64,000 bases of DNA from Verrucomicrobiota bacterium (GCA_023230105.1 JALNXY010000001.1:76395-140394), one strand, 5' to 3'. Numbered from the stretch's first letter, positions 7,149 to 16,569 are shown. Notes: a model not told the origin generated them from the sequence alone. Translations and numbers: made by a program.

Positions 7149-8828
7149 TCAATAACCGTCAGTCCGGTAGTTTATTTCTCCAAACTCGTTCGTGGCCGGG
7201 ATTTCCGATGAGAGGTCTATCTGATAGAACGGGTCACCGCCTCCTTTACCATCGTTGTATTTGGGAGGCAGGGTCTTGCCGGAAAGTTTGACAGGCGGAG
7301 TAAAGCAATAATCCGAAACGGCGGCCCGGCACTGTTCGATCCGGTCCGGGAATACCCGCAACACCATAAGATCAAATGACCAGATGAGGTCGCGTCCCAT
7401 TTCGACTTCCGGGCAATGGGCCTTGACACTCTGAAGCGCACTGGCCACGGTGTCGTCCGCTGTCGGGAAGTGTGTAGCGACCGTCAATTTGGGTTTGGGT
7501 TCGATCTGCTTGAGAATGTAGCCGAAGGCCCCTTGCGTCGTATGCGAACTATTCTGGACAGTTTCCATCGCCTTGACGGTCTGTTGAAACTCAGGATAGT
7601 CCGGGTCATCCTCAGAAGGAGGCGCATTCAGGCCCATGTTTTTATAGGCCCAGACCTCCGGAGGGACCACCATTTCATGAATGAAGACATCCACTCCCTT
7701 GCCGGCGTTCCTGGCTTGCTCGACGCAGTTCGTTTCGGGCTTGGTGTCGCTCGTATAAATCATGTTCAACTCGTCACCGCCGGGAGTTTGCCAGCTGAGT
7801 TTGTAGCCCATGGAGCCCTTGCGGGCGTGGATTACCGGGAAGTGCGTGATGGTAACGCTCGTGAGAGCATTGCTGTAGGCCACTCCGCCGACTTGCCTCC
7901 AATCCAACTCGATCGGCACCATGGCGTAGGAGTCATTATTGGCATCCTCGCCGACGGGCAGCGGCTCATGAGGCAGACCCCAGCTGGCTTGAGTGGGCGC
8001 TTCATAATCTTCGTAGGCAGTGGGCTGGAAGCTGAAGCTCTCCGTATGCCAGCGCAGGGCTTCGCGCAGATGCGAGCAAAAGGCTCTAACCCCGTCATCG
8101 TAATAGATGTTTGAATTGGTCGGGCTTTCAATACCGGTCGGCCCAGAGCCCCAGACGTAGAGCGGGGACTTGCGGTCTGACGCGGGACCGAAGCAGTAGG
8201 TATGAACCAGATCGCTCATGTGGTCGGCATGCAGGTGATTAATGAACACCTTATCCATGAGGCGATAGCCCACCTTGGCGGCGGCATAGTTGGCTGAGAC
8301 GCCAGCGCCCATATCGAAGACGAATTGATCCACCGGCTGGCCATGATAGAAGGAGTCACTGGGATCGTCTTGCCATCCCACCTCGACGAAGATGCTCATC
8401 TCCGCTTGAGCCCGGCGCACCGGCAATGGGATCATTGAGCCCATGAAAGTAATCCGCATCTCATTTGTATCGAGCGGGGTGAGCGGATCAAACAGCGGCA
8501 GTTTTTCATAATAGGTGTAGTGTTCTGTCGCTTGATAGTCGGGGTCCGGCGAAACGACCCGGTAGAACATCGGCACATCCACGGTTCCTTCCGGTCCCAG
8601 ACCGGTAAGGTTCGCGTCAGCGTCTTTCCAGGAGTACCAATGATTTGTCCCGTCCGGGGACCACTGTACAGCGCGGTTCGTGCCCGTTCCGCCCGTATCC
8701 TTCCAACTCAGTTTTCCATTACGGCTGAATGAAGTAATTTCCAACTGCGATTGCGCAATCGTAAGAGCCGAAGCAGCAACCGCAATTGTCGTTACGATCG
8801 TTGCCTGTATGGCATATCTCTTTTTCAT
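7149..8828 (-). CDS. secreted metallo-beta-lactamase-fold hydrolase
   Basis: HxHxDH motif in FINHLHADHMSDL. Signal peptide from ATG 8828 (MKKRYAIQATIVTTIAVAASALTIAQS). Confidence 0.75.
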   Translation of the reverse strand: MKKRYAIQATIVTTIAVAASALTIAQSQLEITSFSRNGKLSWKDTGGTGTNRAVQWSPDGTNHWYSWKDADANLTGLGPEGTVDVPMFYRVVSPDPDYQATEHYTYYEKLPLFDPLTPLDTNEMRITFMGSMIPLPVRRAQAEMSIFVEVGWQDDPSDSFYHGQPVDQFVFDMGAGVSANYAAAKVGYRLMDKVFINHLHADHMSDLVHTYCFGPASDRKSPLYVWGSGPTGIESPTNSNIYYDDGVRAFCSHLREALRWHTESFSFQPTAYEDYEAPTQASWGLPHEPLPVGEDANNDSYAMVPIELDWRQVGGVAYSNALTSVTITHFPVIHARKGSMGYKLSWQTPGGDELNMIYTSDTKPETNCVEQARNAGKGVDVFIHEMVVPPEVWAYKNMGLNAPPSEDDPDYPEFQQTVKAMETVQNSSHTTQGAFGYILKQIEPKPKLTVATHFPTADDTVASALQSVKAHCPEVEMGRDLIWSFDLMVLRVFPDRIEQCRAAVSDYCFTPPVKLSGKTLPPKYNDGKGGGDPFYQIDLSSEIPATNEFGEINYRTDGY

Positions 8829-8976
8829 AGTCCTTCCTATTCTGGAGTCAGGGCACACTGCAACGAAGTAATCAACTTTTCATCTGCTCTACCCAATCGC
8901 ACCGTAACCAAAACTCAATCGTAAAGTAGCTCTTTCGAAAAAGTATTACAAGCCCGCTCTGATATTTTTTTAAATA

Positions 8977-9009
8977 TTTGTAACTTGTTGTTTTGCAATA
9001 TGTTACAAA
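8977..9009. promoter_or_regulatory. palindrome TTTGTAAC-N17-GTTACAAA in the AT-rich region upstream of the MBL-fold gene
   Basis: Perfect 8-bp inverted repeat in the promoter region between the MBL-fold gene start and the rluD 3' end. Confidence 0.35.
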
Positions 9010-9070
9010 TTACAAGTACCGAAAAATATGAGCTTTACGGGTATTCAGAAAAAATTTGGGCGATTGCTCC

Positions 9071-10039
9071 TCAGGACTCCGCGGGAGGATTCCAGCCGGT
9101 GAGTTTTTGAGCGGCCTGGGCAAAATCTTCCGGAAGCGGTGCGGTGAAATTCATCGGTTTGCCGGTGGCCGGATGGGTGAAGGAGAGTTTCCAGGCGTGG
9201 AGCATCTGGCGTCCGAGCGCATAACGGGTCTTCTCCTTGAGATGAATATTCTGCCGCTTGCCGTAAACGCTATCCCCGACCAGAGGAAAGCCGATGTGCT
9301 TGAAGTGAACTCGGACCTGATGCGTTCTGCCGGTATGAATCCTGACTTCTGCGAGCGTGACGTGCTCGCCCTTGGCCAGAACGCGGTAGGTGGTCAGGGC
9401 CTCACGGCCGCTGCGGGAATCTTTACTGACGGTCATTCGCTTGCGGTTGACGCTGTCGCGTTCAATGGGGGCATCTATTTTTCCCTCGCGTGCAATCCCG
9501 GTTCCGCAGAGAAGGGCCAGGTAGATTTTGCTGGTCGTGCGGTCTTTAAATTGTTGTGCCAGATTCCGGTGGGTGGAGTCATTCTTGGCGGCAATGAGGG
9601 CACCGCTGGTATCTTTATCGAGCCTGTGGACGATTCCCGGGCGGGCCACGCCGCCAATGCCGCTCAGTTGTCCCCGGCAGTGATGGAGCAGCGCATTGAC
9701 AATCGTATGCTCGACATGACCGGCGGCCGGATGCACACAGACTCCGGGAAGTTTATTAATGACCAGGAGCGACTCATCTTCAAAGAGAATATTTAGGCCC
9801 ATATCCTCGGGCTGGGCCTCGGCCGGTTTGGGTTCAGGCCAGTGAAGGGTCACGAGGTCGCCTGCACGGGGATGGCGAGTGGGACGGATGACTTCCCCAT
9901 TCACCCGGATATGGCCCTCGGCAATGAGGCGCTGGAGAGTCGCACGCGATTGGTCCGGATAGCGTGTCTTCAGGAAGACATCCATCCGCTCAAGGGGCAA
10001 GCTCACTTCGATCGTAAATTGTTCGCTTTTACTTTCCAT
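9071..10039 (-). CDS. rluD: RluA-family 23S rRNA pseudouridine synthase (RluD-like, with S4 domain)
   Basis: Catalytic motif HRLDKDTSGALIAAK. N-terminal S4-like RLDVFLKTRYPDQSRATLQRLIAEGHIRVNG. Start taken at ATG 10039 (MESKSEQ...). Confidence 0.85.
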   Translation of the reverse strand: MESKSEQFTIEVSLPLERMDVFLKTRYPDQSRATLQRLIAEGHIRVNGEVIRPTRHPRAGDLVTLHWPEPKPAEAQPEDMGLNILFEDESLLVINKLPGVCVHPAAGHVEHTIVNALLHHCRGQLSGIGGVARPGIVHRLDKDTSGALIAAKNDSTHRNLAQQFKDRTTSKIYLALLCGTGIAREGKIDAPIERDSVNRKRMTVSKDSRSGREALTTYRVLAKGEHVTLAEVRIHTGRTHQVRVHFKHIGFPLVGDSVYGKRQNIHLKEKTRYALGRQMLHAWKLSFTHPATGKPMNFTAPLPEDFAQAAQKLTGWNPPAES

Positions 10040-10814
10040 TCTGGGAGGGGGTACTGGGGGCCTTCCGGGTGCGGCGCCGATAAATCCAAAGGCCCACACC
10101 GGCGGCGAAAATCACCCCGGCGATACACTGGGCCTGAGTCAGAGATAAAAAGATACGAGGTACATCGCCGCGGAAAAACTCGGTCGCGAAACGGATCACC
10201 CCATAGCCAACCAGGTAATAGGCCGTGATCTGGCCGTCATACTTGCGGCGGCGGAAGAAATATTCCAGGAGCCCGAAGAGAATCAGGTTCAGCCCCATTT
10301 CATAAAGCTGCACGGGGTGGATGCGCACTCCGTGGGTTTCATGCCAGTCGGGGTAAGAGAATCCATAGCCGGAGCCAGTCGGGCAGCCGTAGCAGCAGCC
10401 GTTAATGAAGCAGCCCAAGCGCCCGAGGGCATGACCGACCGCCAGGCTGGGTCCGAGAATATCGAGAAAAATCCAGACCGGTATTTTATTCTTCACCAGA
10501 TAAAACGCCGTCGTCACAATGCTGAAAAGCAGGCCCCCGAAATAAATCAAACCGCCGCGCTGAATGGCGAAAATCTCCCACAAGGGCTGGCCGGCAAAAT
10601 ACTCATCCCAGTAGGTGATGACGAAAAGCGCCCGGGCACCGACCAAAGCGCCGACCACGATCCAGGGAATCGAATCCATGAATTCCTTGGGAGTGACCGT
10701 CGTGAGCCGCGCACGCAGCGACCCGGTCCAGACACCGGCCAGGATGCCCAGAACGAACATCACCCCGTACCAGTAGATCGGGTGACCCGCTATTTCAAAA
10801 GCAACTCTTTCCAT
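10029..10814 (-). CDS. lgt: prolipoprotein diacylglyceryl transferase
   Basis: Polytopic membrane protein with HALGRLGCFINGCCYG and YPVQLYE-like (HPVQLYEMG) Lgt signatures. Confidence 0.9.
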   Translation of the reverse strand: MERVAFEIAGHPIYWYGVMFVLGILAGVWTGSLRARLTTVTPKEFMDSIPWIVVGALVGARALFVITYWDEYFAGQPLWEIFAIQRGGLIYFGGLLFSIVTTAFYLVKNKIPVWIFLDILGPSLAVGHALGRLGCFINGCCYGCPTGSGYGFSYPDWHETHGVRIHPVQLYEMGLNLILFGLLEYFFRRRKYDGQITAYYLVGYGVIRFATEFFRGDVPRIFLSLTQAQCIAGVIFAAGVGLWIYRRRTRKAPSTPSQNGK

Positions 10815-10860
10815 CTCAATAATTCTGAACTTTCACTTGAGTACAAAACCGAATCGGATA

Positions 10861-11934
10861 CTAAAAATCCGGCGAACTTATCCCACATTCCCGGCGAATT
10901 TTTTCCATCAGGACCGCTGTCTGGAGCGTCTCCTCTAACGGCATGAGGGGCGACTCCTTGAGCCCGGAGGCGATGCACCCGGCCACGTGATCTATTTCAA
11001 AGCCGAACCCGTTGCCCTCATAGGGGTGCTCGATCCGCTTTTCGAGGACTTCGGAAGTGGGCTGAGAGCCTTCCTTGCCGCCATGAATCCGGCACAGAGC
11101 CAGCGGCGCTTTCCAGAATGGGCAGGGAATATGAATTGTGGCCCGCTCTGCAAAGAGATAAGCCTCTTTCTGCGTAACGGTATCGATGGAAGCAGCCAGA
11201 CGGGAAAGGGCACCTGATTCATGCCGGGCATTAATCAGGATCCGCGTATCCACTCCGGTCGAGGAAAGAGAGGCCATTGCCTGAAAATCGACGATTTTTC
11301 CCAGGAAAAACTGAGACAGCGTCAAGGGATAGATGCCGACATCATTGAGAGCGCCTCCGCCCAGGTGGGGATCCATCAGGCGGCCCTGAGGGTTTAAATT
11401 GCCGACAAAACCGAAATCCATCTCCGCCTGAGTCACGGCGCCATACTCACGGTCCCGGACAATGTCGCGCACTTCCCCAATTACCGGGAAACACCGGCTC
11501 CAGAGTCCCTCCATGAGGAAGAGTCCCCTCTCCCGGGAAAGAGTAATGAGCTCCCGGGTCTCTTCCGGGTGCAGGGTAAAAGGTTTTTCGCAAAGAACCG
11601 GCTTGCCGGCCAGGAGCGCCTGTTTGCACGCCGGGTAATGCTGGCTGTTGACCAGCCCGATATAGACCACGTCCACATCCTGCCGCTCCAGGAGCTCGTC
11701 ATAGCCGGCACAGGCATGGGGGATTCCGTGCTCACGGGCGAAATTCCGTGCACGCTCGGGGTCTCGAGAGGCCACGGCTTGAGCGATGGAGCCCTGAAAA
11801 GCCTCGAGCCGCTTCAATTCAGAAGCGAATTTCCCGGCAATTTTCCCGGTCCCGAGGATTCCCCAGCGGACCCTTGCACCGTGGGTTTTCTTTTCGCCGG
11901 CGCTCTCCCTATTCTTTCCATTCATGGCATTCAT
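10861..11934 (-). CDS. Gfo/Idh/MocA-family NAD(P)-dependent oxidoreductase
   Basis: N-terminal Rossmann motif RWGILGTGKIAGKFA, EKPF motif (LCEKPFTL), ~350 aa. Confidence 0.8.
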   Translation of the reverse strand: MNAMNGKNRESAGEKKTHGARVRWGILGTGKIAGKFASELKRLEAFQGSIAQAVASRDPERARNFAREHGIPHACAGYDELLERQDVDVVYIGLVNSQHYPACKQALLAGKPVLCEKPFTLHPEETRELITLSRERGLFLMEGLWSRCFPVIGEVRDIVRDREYGAVTQAEMDFGFVGNLNPQGRLMDPHLGGGALNDVGIYPLTLSQFFLGKIVDFQAMASLSSTGVDTRILINARHESGALSRLAASIDTVTQKEAYLFAERATIHIPCPFWKAPLALCRIHGGKEGSQPTSEVLEKRIEHPYEGNGFGFEIDHVAGCIASGLKESPLMPLEETLQTAVLMEKIRRECGISSPDF

Positions 11935-12055
11935 CGCAGCCTTTGCGTATCTTCACACAAAGCCCCTCGGCAAGAAAGATCAAAGATTGGCTTGGACTTT
12001 GGGGTGAAGGTCGATAAAATGACCCGTCTTTTGGCTATATATAATTAAATAGATC

Positions 12056-13654
12056 ATGAGTTCAGGTTCTTATAATACTTCGGGAAGCTGGTGGCGGCAT
12101 TTAAAAGGGTACCACTGGTTTGTTTTTATTCTGGCGGCTTGCGGATGGATGTTCGATACCATGGATCAGCAGCTCTTTACTGCTTCCAGGGCGGATGCGA
12201 TCAAAGAGCTTTTACCCCTGGCAGGTGAAGCCGAAAGATACAACGCGGGCTCCTGGGTAACTACGATCTTCATCATCGGCTGGGCCTTGGGAGGTCTCGT
12301 TTTCGGTGTTCTGGGAGATCGCTGGGGCCGAGCCAAGACAATGTCGCTCACGATTGTTCTTTATGCAGCCTTCACCGGCCTGAGCGGCATGGCCACTTCA
12401 GAGTTCAGCCTGGCGCTGGGAAAAACTCTGGGAGAAATAGGCATCACCTTTACCCCTTATCACTTTTTCACGATTGGCCGCTTCCTGACCGGTCTGGGCG
12501 TCGGCGGTGAGTTTGCCGTTGGTGCCGCGCTGGTGGCCGAAGTCATGCCCGAGAAAGCCCGAGCGGGCGCTCTGGGTATGATGCAGGCGCTTTCGGCGGT
12601 GGGCAACCTCGTCGGAGCCTGGATGCTGGGAGTCATTGTCCCGCTCTGGGGCTGGCAGGGACTCTATTTCGTGGGGACTTTCCCTGCGCTGATCGGCGTC
12701 GTGGTGTTCCTCAAGATGCGTGAACCCGAAAAATGGGTGGCGGCCAGAGCGGCCTCATTGGCTCACCCGAACGATAAATCCAAGCAGTTCGGCAGCATCA
12801 AGGATATGTTCTCCCATCCGATCTGGAGGCGCAACGTCCTGGTCGGCATCGCGTTGGCAGCAGCCGGCGTCCTGGGTCTCTGGGGTGCAGGTTTCTGGAG
12901 CTCGGACCTGATTAAATCAATTATCCCGACCATGAGCCAGGCGGATAAGGTGCGCTATGAACAGCTGGTTTCAGCCGCTCCGGCCCAACAGATTGAGATG
13001 ATCAAGGCGATGGATGAAAAGCAGCAGCATCAATTTGAGCAGTTCCGCCTGAACATGGAAATCAAACCGCGCACGGCACCGGATAAAATCTTCACCGAAC
13101 CGCTGATGGATTCGGAAATCGCCGCTTTTAAATCAATGATCCCCAGAGCGATGGATGAGGACAGCAAGACGCGGCTCCGCTCCAAGGCTCTGATGCTGCA
13201 GCAGGTGGGTGCCTTCTTCGGCATGTACGTTTTCTTCCTGGTTTCGGACCGCATCGGCCGCAAAGCCACCTTCTTCGGGGCGCTGCTGATGGGGTGGATT
13301 GCCGTCACGCTCGTCTTCCTGACTTTCAAAGATGCTTCTCAAATCTGGTATCTGTGGCCGTTCCTGGGCTTCTCGACCCTGGCACCTTTCGGCGGCTATG
13401 CCGTCTATTTACCCGAGCTTTTCCCGACACGCCTGAGGAGCACGGGCATCAGCTTCTGCTATAACGTGGGCCGCTTTATTACGGCTGCCGGAGTCCTGAT
13501 GCTGGGGAGCCTGGCCGTCGCTCTGGACGGGAAAACAACCTTTGCCGGATTCCGTTTGGCTGCTGTTTTGATTGCAACTTCCTACGTAATTGGTTTAATA
13601 GCACTCATCTGGGCGCCAGAGACGGCCAACAAGCCCTTGCCCGAGGATGAATAA
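12056..13654 (+). CDS. MFS transporter with long central loop
   Basis: Twelve-TM-like hydrophobicity. MFS loop motif GVLGDRWGRAKTM, second-half motif SDRIGRKAT. Confidence 0.8.
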   Translation: MSSGSYNTSGSWWRHLKGYHWFVFILAACGWMFDTMDQQLFTASRADAIKELLPLAGEAERYNAGSWVTTIFIIGWALGGLVFGVLGDRWGRAKTMSLTIVLYAAFTGLSGMATSEFSLALGKTLGEIGITFTPYHFFTIGRFLTGLGVGGEFAVGAALVAEVMPEKARAGALGMMQALSAVGNLVGAWMLGVIVPLWGWQGLYFVGTFPALIGVVVFLKMREPEKWVAARAASLAHPNDKSKQFGSIKDMFSHPIWRRNVLVGIALAAAGVLGLWGAGFWSSDLIKSIIPTMSQADKVRYEQLVSAAPAQQIEMIKAMDEKQQHQFEQFRLNMEIKPRTAPDKIFTEPLMDSEIAAFKSMIPRAMDEDSKTRLRSKALMLQQVGAFFGMYVFFLVSDRIGRKATFFGALLMGWIAVTLVFLTFKDASQIWYLWPFLGFSTLAPFGGYAVYLPELFPTRLRSTGISFCYNVGRFITAAGVLMLGSLAVALDGKTTFAGFRLAAVLIATSYVIGLIALIWAPETANKPLPEDE

Positions 13655-13744
13655 CCGGAGGAGAAACCGCAAAAAACAACTCTTCTTTGGGGGTGTTTTG
13701 TTGCTCTCTCGCGCTGATCTCCAGATATATCGATATAAGCGATT

Positions 13745-15064
13745 ATGAAAAGTCCGTTGTTTATGCGAGCCCTATGTGCGGCTCTGTTGTGGATGGGCTC
13801 CGTATTGTGTGCTCATGCCTCAATCACCTATTTGATCAATACTCCTGAAGCGGCGTTCTCTCCCCAGAACGCCCTTTCCATTCAGGTCGTCTTCATGAAT
13901 ACCGGCAGCGAGCCAGAGCGTTTTGAGCTTCCCGGCCAGATGAGCGCATATCTGGAAGATTCCAAAGGGACTCGCACCGAAACTCTCATGGAAAGCAACC
14001 TGCCTAAAAAATGGGTGGAGATAGCGCCCGGCTCCTTCGTAACGCGTCCATATCAGATTCCTGCCGACCAGATCTCGGCTCTGGGGCTGCCGGCTTCCTC
14101 GCCTCTCAAAATTTCTCTGGAAAACAGCTCCTCCATCTCGATCAACCGTCTCCCGAGCGGCACCGGCGAAACACCGGAACCGGATACCAAAGACGGGCTC
14201 CAGACCGACGGTGAACCCTCCGGATTCATCACCGGCGACCTGGGAAAAGAAGGTATACCCGTGGAAGGAGAAAGCAATAGACAGCACAGCGCGATGGTGG
14301 AGTACTTTTTCAAACATTTCCTGCCGTCTGAGCCGATCTACTTCCTGGTCGGCGGCAACCCCAGTGGCGGAGTGAGTGACCTGAGGGGAGATTTCCCCAA
14401 TGCGCGCTTCCAGATCAGCCTCCGGTATGCACCGTTTGTTGAGGACTCCTGGATAGCCGATCAATGGTCGGGCTTCACCAATGTCTTCGTCAGCTATACC
14501 CAGAACACGGTCTGGGATCTGGAAGGCGAATCAGCCCCCTTCCTGGACAGCATGTTCAAGCCCGAGCTCCAATACTACTGGCGTGATGTCTTCAAAGAGG
14601 AAAAGGGCATCCTCAAGAAAATGGATCTACTTGCCTCTGTCTCCCATGAATCCAACGGCCGCAACGGGGCAGGCTCCCGCAGCATCAACTACGCTCTTAT
14701 CCGTCCCACTTTCTACTTTGGCGACCCCGATCGTCTCAATGGCTATCTGGCTCCCGGGTTCTGGTTCTATTTCGGTGCTCTGACCGATAACCCGGAAATC
14801 CGCCACTACCGCGGCCATGCCGATGTCAAAGCGGCCATTCAGTGGGCTGATACGGTCCAGATGGCCAGCACGTTCCGCATGGGCGACGAGCTTGAAAAGG
14901 GAAGCATGCAGTTGGACCTCACCTACCCTCTGGGGCAGATTACGGGCGACACCCTGGACATCTACCTGCACCTCCAGTACTTTACGGGCTACGGCCAGAC
15001 GCTCCTCAACTACAATCGGCGCGAGCAGGCGCTGAGGGCAGGTTTCTCATTTTTACGGCAATAG
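13745..15064 (+). CDS. pldA: outer-membrane phospholipase A (PldA-like C-terminal domain) with ~200-aa N-terminal extension
   Basis: Signal peptide. VSHESNGRNGAGSRSINY matches the OMPLA HxSNG...SRSxN catalytic region. Beta-strand-like alternating C-terminus ending in F-x-R-Q. Confidence 0.6.
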   Translation: MKSPLFMRALCAALLWMGSVLCAHASITYLINTPEAAFSPQNALSIQVVFMNTGSEPERFELPGQMSAYLEDSKGTRTETLMESNLPKKWVEIAPGSFVTRPYQIPADQISALGLPASSPLKISLENSSSISINRLPSGTGETPEPDTKDGLQTDGEPSGFITGDLGKEGIPVEGESNRQHSAMVEYFFKHFLPSEPIYFLVGGNPSGGVSDLRGDFPNARFQISLRYAPFVEDSWIADQWSGFTNVFVSYTQNTVWDLEGESAPFLDSMFKPELQYYWRDVFKEEKGILKKMDLLASVSHESNGRNGAGSRSINYALIRPTFYFGDPDRLNGYLAPGFWFYFGALTDNPEIRHYRGHADVKAAIQWADTVQMASTFRMGDELEKGSMQLDLTYPLGQITGDTLDIYLHLQYFTGYGQTLLNYNRREQALRAGFSFLRQ

Positions 15065-15090
15065 CGCGCGGGCTCTCTAGTTCAACGGAA

Positions 15091-15492
15091 ATGGATTCAG
15101 CTCCAAAACGATCTTCCAAAATCGTCGTCCCCTGCATTCGCTGCGGCGCCTGTTGCCGCTGGAAAGGGCAGGTCAAGGTCACGGACGCTGAAATCGCGCG
15201 GATCGCTCAGTTTCTGGGACTCACCCAGGAAGATTTCATCGCCTCCTATACCGTCCTGCGCCAGGACCGCAGGGGGCTGGGAATCCGGATGCTTGCGGAC
15301 GGGACCTGCGTGTTCCTGGATGAAAAAAACGAATGCAGAATCCATTCCGTCAAGCCGGCCCAGTGCAAAGGCTATCCGCTCAAGTGGCGGAATCTCTCTT
15401 CCGAGCATCTCTGCCATGCCGTCAAAACTTTGATTGAGCAGGGGGTCCTGCCTCCGAACGAATTGCAGTTCCCCCCGACTTTCAGAAAATAA
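15091..15492 (+). CDS. YkgJ-family cysteine-cluster (UPF0153) protein
   Basis: CIRCGACCRW...C-x-FL...C-x-IH...P-x-QCKGYP pattern typical of the YkgJ/Fe-S-or-Zn cluster family. Confidence 0.7.
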   Translation: MDSAPKRSSKIVVPCIRCGACCRWKGQVKVTDAEIARIAQFLGLTQEDFIASYTVLRQDRRGLGIRMLADGTCVFLDEKNECRIHSVKPAQCKGYPLKWRNLSSEHLCHAVKTLIEQGVLPPNELQFPPTFRK

Positions 15493-15513
15493 TCGCGCAT
15501 CGCCTCGAAATCT

Positions 15514-15576
15514 AACCACAGATGACGAAGCTTCAACCGCAGACGACGAAGCTTCAACCGCAGATGACGCAGATTC
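15514..15576 (+). repeat. 21-bp tandem triplication of the iteron-type unit
   Basis: aaccacagatgacgaagcttc / aaccgcagacgacgaagcttc / aaccgcagatgacgcagattc. Confidence 0.85.
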
Positions 15577-16088
15577 CCGCAGAGAAATAAGATGTGGGAA
15601 GGAAGATGAGTCTGCAAAGGATTCGTTTCCGCCGGGCAGACGCCTCAATTTCCTACTGCACCCCTCCCGGGGTGCAGCAAATCTGAGGTCTGCGGATTCG
15701 TTTGTATTTCCACAGGTGTAACTCGTTTTTCTCTGCACCCCTCTCGGGGTGCAGCATTCTTGAGGTATGCGGAGCATACCCATAACATAGCCCGGGGTCG
15801 CAGACCCCGGGAACTATCCGCCCCACATTCTTCCCCGACCCCGGAGGGGTCGCATCCGCCTGTTCCCTTCTGAGTAAACTGCGTTCATCTGCGTAATCTG
15901 CGGTTAAGATTTTCCCCATCTGTCTCCGTGCCCATCTATCTCCATGACCATCTGACTTCGTGCCCGGAGAGGCGAATGTGCATAACCGTAGGTGCGGCTC
16001 CCGCAGGGAGACGTGCCTACGGAGAATACCGCCTCCCCTCGCCTCCGCCTGAAGGGCGGCACTTCACAACCTGAACTTCTCATTTAAA
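15577..16088. repeat. hairpin-module mosaic upstream of array B, including an inverted iteron (15876-15907), 16-bp tandem repeats (15915-15962) and element E (15966-16085)
   Basis: Contains the same hairpin modules as 6441-7011. Element E is ggagaggcgaatgtgcataaCCGTAGGTGCGGCTCCCgcaGGGAGACGTGCCTACGG...ccgcctgaagggcgg...cttcacaacctgaacttctcatt, shared with 58930-59048 and (reverse) 34264-34385. Confidence 0.85.
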
Positions 16089-16143
16089 AAAATCTGCGTT
16101 CATCTGCGTCATCTGCGGTTAAAAAAACGTTCTCTGCGGTTAA
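16089..16143 (-). repeat. iteron-like motif (aaatctgcgttcatctgcgtcatctgcggttaa) plus a partial extra copy; proximal boundary of array B
   Basis: Reverse complement of the TTAACCGCAGATGACGCAGA... motif. It has the same position and orientation relative to the cassettes as in arrays A, C and D. Confidence 0.8.
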
Positions 16144-16200
16144 AAAACATTGCATCCCCTCAAAAATCATCCACAATGTCCGATAGAATTATTGTGTGGA
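16144..16200 (+). promoter_or_regulatory. conserved array leader, copy B (truncated: palindrome part only)
   Basis: aacattgcatcccctcaaaaatcatcCACAATgtccgatagaattATTGTGt matches the first ~55 nt of leaders A and C, then diverges before the promoter part. Confidence 0.55.
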
Positions 16201-16224
16201 TACGAATAATACTGAAGTAAGTGA

Positions 16225-16569
16225 ATGAGAAATCGTTGGGAAAAAATATTGCTGGTCATCCAGATAATTTCAGGGGGTCTAATCAGTGCTGGTTTGGGCC
16301 TTGCATTTATATTTTCTAATCTAGATGAAGAATGTTTTCTAGTAGAAATAATGCGTATTATTCTAATCCCGTCTGAGATTTTTATAAATATGTGGTGGTA
16401 CACTTGGCATCTTCCACCTCATGGAGACGCAGGTTTTGTAATGATATTACTCGTTCCACCGGTGCAATTATTTCTGATGGGATGTTTTCTTTCTTGGTTG
16501 ATTATTTATCTACTGAAGAGGAAAGCTAAAAGAGCATCACGAGATGGAAAAACACATCATTCAAAATAG
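16225..16569 (+). CDS. array B cassette: small multi-TM protein (114 aa)
   Basis: AT-rich ORF with 3-4 hydrophobic segments and a basic C-terminal tail. Confidence 0.6.
   Translation: MRNRWEKILLVIQIISGGLISAGLGLAFIFSNLDEECFLVEIMRIILIPSEIFINMWWYTWHLPPHGDAGFVMILLVPPVQLFLMGCFLSWLIIYLLKRKAKRASRDGKTHHSK

Noticed and set aside
7416-10946. ORFs 7416-8114, 9056-9796, 9842-10228 and 10317-10946 on the + strand
   Set aside because: They are antisense to the MBL-fold hydrolase, rluD and lgt, all of which have signature motifs on the - strand.
15097-15783. 228-aa ORF on the - strand, plus 15372-15617, 15434-15721 and 15653-15919
   Set aside because: The first half is antisense to the well-supported YkgJ-family gene and the second half runs through iteron and hairpin repeats. 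It has no coherent protein features.
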